Origin: Macrostomum hystrix | Taxonomy: Eukaryota > Animalia > Platyhelminthes | Assembly: GCA_950097015.1 (NCBI GenBank) | Contig: CATNEN010000002.1 | Coordinates: 6,324,001-6,388,000 of the forward strand | DNA length: 64,000 bases | Direction: 5' to 3' | Shown here: piece by piece, positions 59,601 through 64,000 of the stretch | Numbering within the stretch: the stretch's first letter is position 1 | Layout of the letters: each line of letters starts with the position of its first letter | The notes under the pieces: model-generated | What the model saw: the letters and a program-made list of their open reading frames with translations, nothing else | What the model was told of the DNA's origin: nothing | Database searches by the model: none | Made by a program: the position numbers and the translations under genes

Positions 59601-62446
59601 CACCCACGCAACAGCTTCGAATTTGGCTATTCTAAAAATGATCAGGGATCCAATTTCAGTCGTGATTAAAAGCCATTCATATTTCACAGTTTTGTAAGTC
59701 TCACTGATTTTTGTGTCGCTTTGAGCTTTAGGCAGAAAACTCACCCCATCCAATTACTGGCACCCCCATTCTTGCTCTGTGCACTTTTGATTCTATTTAT
59801 AGCTCTCCTTTGTTACTTCCTTGCTTGCGTCCACTTCAATGGCATTTTGTCTCTCTCGTGTGACGCCAGAAATCACTTGTATCTATCACTTGCACAGTGT
59901 GTCCATCACTAGCACAGTGTGTTCATCACTAGCACAACGTGTCCATCACTAACATAGGGTGTCCATCACTAGCACAGTGTGTTCATCACTAGCACAACGT
60001 GTCCATCACTAACATAGGGTGTCCATCACTAGCACAGTGTGTTCATCACTAGCACAACGTGTCCATCACTAACATAGGGTGTCCATCACTAGCACAGTGT
60101 GTTCATCACTAGCACAACGTGTCCATCACTAACATAGGGTGTCCATCACTAGCATAGGGTGTCCATCACTAACATAGGGTGTCCATCACTAGCATAGGGT
60201 GTCCATAATTGGCAAAAGTAGTCTACCTTACGCAATGGTGTCTACTTTTAGCACAGGGTGTCCGTTTCTTTAACGAGGTGTCAAACTTAATGACAGGTTC
60301 TCAACCTCAAGTACATTGTGTCCAACTCAACTCTCGGGCGTCCACCACAGTTTAAATGGTGTCCACCTCAAGTACAGGTGTCCACCTTAAGTAAGGGTGT
60401 CCACCTCAAGTACGGGTGTCCACCTCAAGTAAGGGTGTCCACCTCAAGTAAGGGTGTCCACCTCAAGTACGGGTGTCCACCTCAAGTACGGGTGTCCACC
60501 TCAAGTACGGGTGTCCACCTTAAGTAAGGGTGTCCGCCTCAAACACAGTGTCTCAAAAGTATGTGTCCTATCCATTCAACCCTAGGTACAGGGTGTCCAC
60601 CTCACGTAGAGGAAGCCTCCCATTCCTCCCATTCTCAAACATTCTCTAAAACCGTACTCGCCGCCAGGTGGTACCGGGACCTGGTGCCCAAGCCGGTGGA
60701 CCAAAACGCCGCCCAGGGCGCGCGCCTCATCACCGCCCAGATGCGCGTAGCCCCGAAGCTCCTGCGCCTCACCTGGCGCGGTTTCCCTCTGCACCACGAC
60801 GCCGAGCTGAAATGGGGCCGCCTGGTGCCCGGCCGCAACCCCAGCCCGGCCGAGGCCGACCCGCGCTACTTTGACCCGGACACTGGCCGCCTCCGCGCGG
60901 TTCAGCCCGCCATCCGGACAACCGCCGCGGGCAGCTCCGAGCTGCGCTTCCCTCTGGCTGCCTACTGCCGCGCCTGCCTTCCGGCGGCCCTGCGCTGCCT
61001 CGAGCAACAGCAGCAGCAGCAGCCGCGCCAGCAGCTGCTTGCCGACCTGGCCGCCTCGCTGCGCCAGCTGCCCGATGTTGGCGACTCCGACTGCGATTCG
61101 GCGCTGCAGAAGGTTCTGGCCTGGCTGCGTGATCGAGTATCTGGCAGGTCGGAAGCCTCCAAGGACTACGACTGGGAGCGGGAGCTGCCGTGCGCGCTGA
61201 CTGGGACGCCGTCCGTCGAAGGCGCGCAGTTCAAGCGGGCAGGCAATCCGCACATTGAGACCTGCTGGTTCTGCCCACTGCCGCATCCGCAGGTATGATG
61301 CCTTTGATACTTGGCAATCATCGACCCTTCTCACCTGTGACTCAATGACTCATTTATCATCAGCCAGTCCCAAGACACAGTGACTGAAACAGACAATGAC
61401 CTCAAGACACAATGACCCCAAGATACAATCACCCAAAATACAATGACCCCATGATCTAATGACCCCAAGATCCAATGACCCCAAGATCCAATGACCCCAA
61501 GATACAATCACCCAAAATACAATGACCCCATGATCCAATGACCCCAAGATACAATGACCCCAAGATCCAATGACCCCATGATCAAATGACCCCAAGATCC
61601 AATGACCCTAAGATCCAATGACCCCAAGATACAATGACCACAAGATCCAATGACCCCGAGATACAATGACCCCAAGATACTATTCCAAGTCTGGGTGTCG
61701 CTGGGACTAGACTAGTTGCCATGCACTCAGTCTCGCGCCTGTCCCCGGCAGGGCACCAGCGTCGGCAACCCGCTGTCCAAGAGCTTCTTGGCTGCCATCG
61801 ACGCTGGCCTTCTGTGCAGCGACCGGCCAGAGGTTGGCGAGCTGCTGCGGATGCACGCCAGCTCCACCTACTGGCAGGGTGCCAGCAAGCGGGTGGCCAA
61901 TCAGCTCGCCCTGCCAATTAGCGACGGCATCCGGCTGATCCTGCCTCAGGTGGTTTCCATGGGAACGGTGAGCCGGCGCGCCGTGGAGCCGCTGTGGCTG
62001 ACGGCCAGCAACGCCAGGCCGGACCGGCTGGGCTCGGAGCTGAAGGCGATGGTGCGGGCGCCGCCCGGCTATCGGCTTGTCGGCGCCGATGTGGACTCGC
62101 AGGAGCTGTGGATCGCCTCGCTGGCCGGAGATGCCGAATTTGGCGACTCCCAGGCGGGCAGGCGGCGAATCCACGGTGCCACGGCCGTCAGCTGGATGAA
62201 CCTTCGCGGCAGTAAAGCGGAGGGCACCGATCTGCACTCCGTCAGCGCCCGACTCATCAACGTGTCGCGAGAGCACGCCAAGGTGCTGAACTACGCCAGG
62301 TTCTACGGCTCCGGCTCCGCGAACATCGCCAAGCTGCTGTGCCAGTTCGACCCGGGACTGGACAAGCGGCTGGCGCTGGACAAGGCCAGGCGGCTGCTCA
62401 AGGAGACCAAAGGAGCCAGAACTGCCGGCGTCTGGCAGGGCGGCAG
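50700..62446 (+). CDS. POLG: Mitochondrial DNA polymerase gamma catalytic subunit; 3' end beyond the window
   Basis: Exons 50700-50840, 50963-51456, 51654-51843, 52294-52608, 52992-53347, 60668-61292 and 61752-62446 join in phase. Motifs GIQLLS, LVFDTE (Exo I), VGHFVAFDRA (Exo II), FLDTMSLH, YCARD (Exo III), VGADVDSQELWIA (Pol A) and REHAKVLNYARFYG (Pol B). Confidence 0.96.
51504..51559 (-). pseudogene. 3' two-thirds fragment of tRNA-Leu(CAG) ending in CCA, in POLG intron 2
   Basis: The minus strand reads CTAGT-TTCAGGC-ACCAG TCCGAAAGGGC GTGGGTTCGTATCCCAC CGCTGCCA CCA; the 5' acceptor strand and D arm are absent. Confidence 0.75.
53401..54185. repeat. 37-bp minisatellite (CTGAAGGATCAGGTAGCTGGACGATATCGGCGATCTA), about 21 copies
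   Basis: Period 37 measured at 53401/53438; POLG intron 5. Confidence 0.97.
55095..55910. repeat. 20-bp minisatellite (GGAAAGCGAGTGGCAGTGTT), about 40 copies
   Basis: Read directly; some units carry an extra AAAGCG. Confidence 0.96.
57339..57926 (-). CDS. Neuronal calcium sensor, KChIP/calsenilin-like, 195 aa, intronless CDS nested antisense in POLG intron 5
   Basis: RYKPPSI..FSERELRLLYRGFKQDCPTG, a canonical EF3 loop DVNLDGTLSHEE, MDTEGKGSVTYEDF and C-terminal LEVFDT match the KChIP layout. Confidence 0.9.
   Translation of the reverse strand: MSDPDLQASFQRYKPPSIRLLAQRSKFSERELRLLYRGFKQDCPTGLVREEHICGIFAQLFPFGNPAPFARIVFNWLDVDKKESLPFHQYVMWLSELARGSVEDKIVWIFRLYDVNLDGTLSHEEICQFLASIYELLGSHAKKKESAKSVHDHASHIFRQMDTEGKGSVTYEDFQRYCHSSPVIMKGLEVFDTCW
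59895..60540. repeat. Two related 20-bp minisatellites: GTGTCCATCACTAGCACAGT (59895-60200, 60-bp higher order) and GTGTCCACCTCAAGTAAGGG (60345-60540)
   Basis: Three identical 60-bp lines at 59941, 60001 and 60061; both arrays share a GGTGTCCA core. Confidence 0.92.
61395..61678. repeat. 16-bp minisatellite (GACCCCAAGATCCAAT) in POLG intron 6
   Basis: Period 16 measured at 61461/61477. Confidence 0.9.
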
Positions 62447-62604
62447 GTGAGCTGGGATCGGACTGAGTGGGACCCCCAACTCCTCCGACATGCTGCGCGC
62501 TGTTGGTTCCGTTTCGAAATTCACAAGAAATCTATTTTTAAACCCGTTTTTAAACCATCTAGGATACCTGATTTATTTATAACTTATTAATTATTTATTT
62601 ATGG

Positions 62605-64000
62605 ACCCGATTTCAAACCGATTAGGACCCGATTTCAAACCGATTAGAACCCGATTTCAAACCGATTAGAACCCGATTTCAATCCGATTAGGACCCGATT
62701 TCAAACCGATTAGAACCCGATTTCAATCCGATTAGGACCCGATTTCAAACCGATTAGAACCCGATTTCAAACCGATTAGAACCCGATTTCAAACCGATTA
62801 GAACCCGATTTCAATCCGATTAGGACCCGATTTCAAACCGATTAGGACCCGATTTCAAACCGATTAGAACCCGATTTCAAACCGATTAGAACCCGATTTC
62901 AATCCGATTAGGACCCGATTTCAAACCGATTAGAACCCGATTTCAATCCGATTAGGACCCGATTTCAAACTGATTAGAACCAGATTTCAAACTGATTAGA
63001 ACCCGATTTCAAACTGATTAGAACCATATTTCAAACTGATTAGAACCCTATTTCAAACTGATTAGAACCATATTTCAAACTGATTAGAACCCGATTTCAA
63101 ACCGATTAGGACCCGATTTCAAACCGATTAGAACCCGATTTCAAACCGATTAGGACCCGATTTCAAACCGATTAGAACCCGATTTCAAACCGATTAGAAC
63201 CCGATTTCAATCCGATTAGGACCCGATTTCAAACCGATTAGAACCCGATTTCAATCCGATTAGGACCCGATTTCAAACCGATTAGAACCCGATTTCAATC
63301 CGATTAGGACCCGATTTCAAACTGATTAGAACCATATTTCAAACTGATTAGAACCCGATTTCAAACTGATTAGAACCCGATTTCAAACTGATTAGAAGCA
63401 TATTTCAAACCGATTAGAACCCGATTTCAAACTGATTAGAACCCGATTTCAAACTGATTAGAACCCGATTTCAAACTGATTAGAAGCATATTTCAAACCG
63501 ATTAGAACCCGATTTCAAACTGATTAGGACCCGATTTCAAACTGATTAGAACCCGATTTCAAACTGATTAGAACCCGATTTCAAACTGATTAGAACCCGA
63601 TTTCAAACTGATTAGAACCCGATTTCAAACCGATTAGGACCCGATTTCAAACTGATTAGAACCCGATTTCAAACTGATTAGAACCCGATTTCAAACTGAT
63701 AAGAACCCGATTTCAAACCGATTAGAACCCGATTTCAAACCGATTAGAACCCGATTTCAATCCGATTAGGACCCGATTTCAAACCGATTAGAACCCGATT
63801 TCAATCCGATTAGGACCCGATTTCAAACCGATTAGAACCCGATTTCAATCCGATTAGGACCCGATTTCAAACTGATTAGAACCATATTTCAAACTGATTA
63901 GAACCCGATTTCAAACTGATTAGAACCCGATTTCAAACTGATTAGAAGCATATTTCAAACCGATTAGAACCCGATTTCAAACTGATTAGAACCCGATTTC
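62605..64000. repeat. 22-bp minisatellite (CCGATTTCAAACCGATTAGAAC) in POLG intron 7, truncated by window edge
   Basis: Period 22 measured at 62651/62673. Confidence 0.97.

Noticed and set aside
1-64000. Apparent excess of repeat units with lengths divisible by three
   Set aside because: About half of roughly 21 arrays against one third expected; too few to claim selection for frame preservation.

Overview
Eukaryotic (animal) genomic DNA with GC-rich exons, GT-AG introns and roughly a quarter of the window in about 20 different minisatellite arrays. This style suggests a flatworm such as Macrostomum, which is an inference and not verified. Genes reconstructed by hand: the 3' part of a multi-domain Ly6/uPAR-like GPI-anchored protein (+), TATDN3 (-, 5 exons), INIP/SOSS-C (-), a 6-exon OTU-domain gene (-), a short degenerate TRAF-like gene (+), TRIQK (+, 3 exons), the 5' part of POLG (+, 7 exons visible), and an intronless KChIP-like calcium sensor nested antisense in a POLG intron. 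Mobile elements: an APE-RT LINE with intact ORF2, a CRE-like fragment, a D34D mariner with intact ORF, a young but pol-disabled Gypsy element inside TATDN3, a hAT MITE and tRNA-derived SINEs. The most unusual observations are a 51-bp in-frame minisatellite made of duplicated splice acceptors in the Ly6 gene, a Polinton/adintovirus penton-like fragment in an intron of the OTU gene, and two divergent three-gene clusters whose start codons mostly sit just behind 3' splice acceptors (candidate trans-spliced operons). Most long ORFs in the ORF track are artefacts of tandem repeats or antisense shadows.
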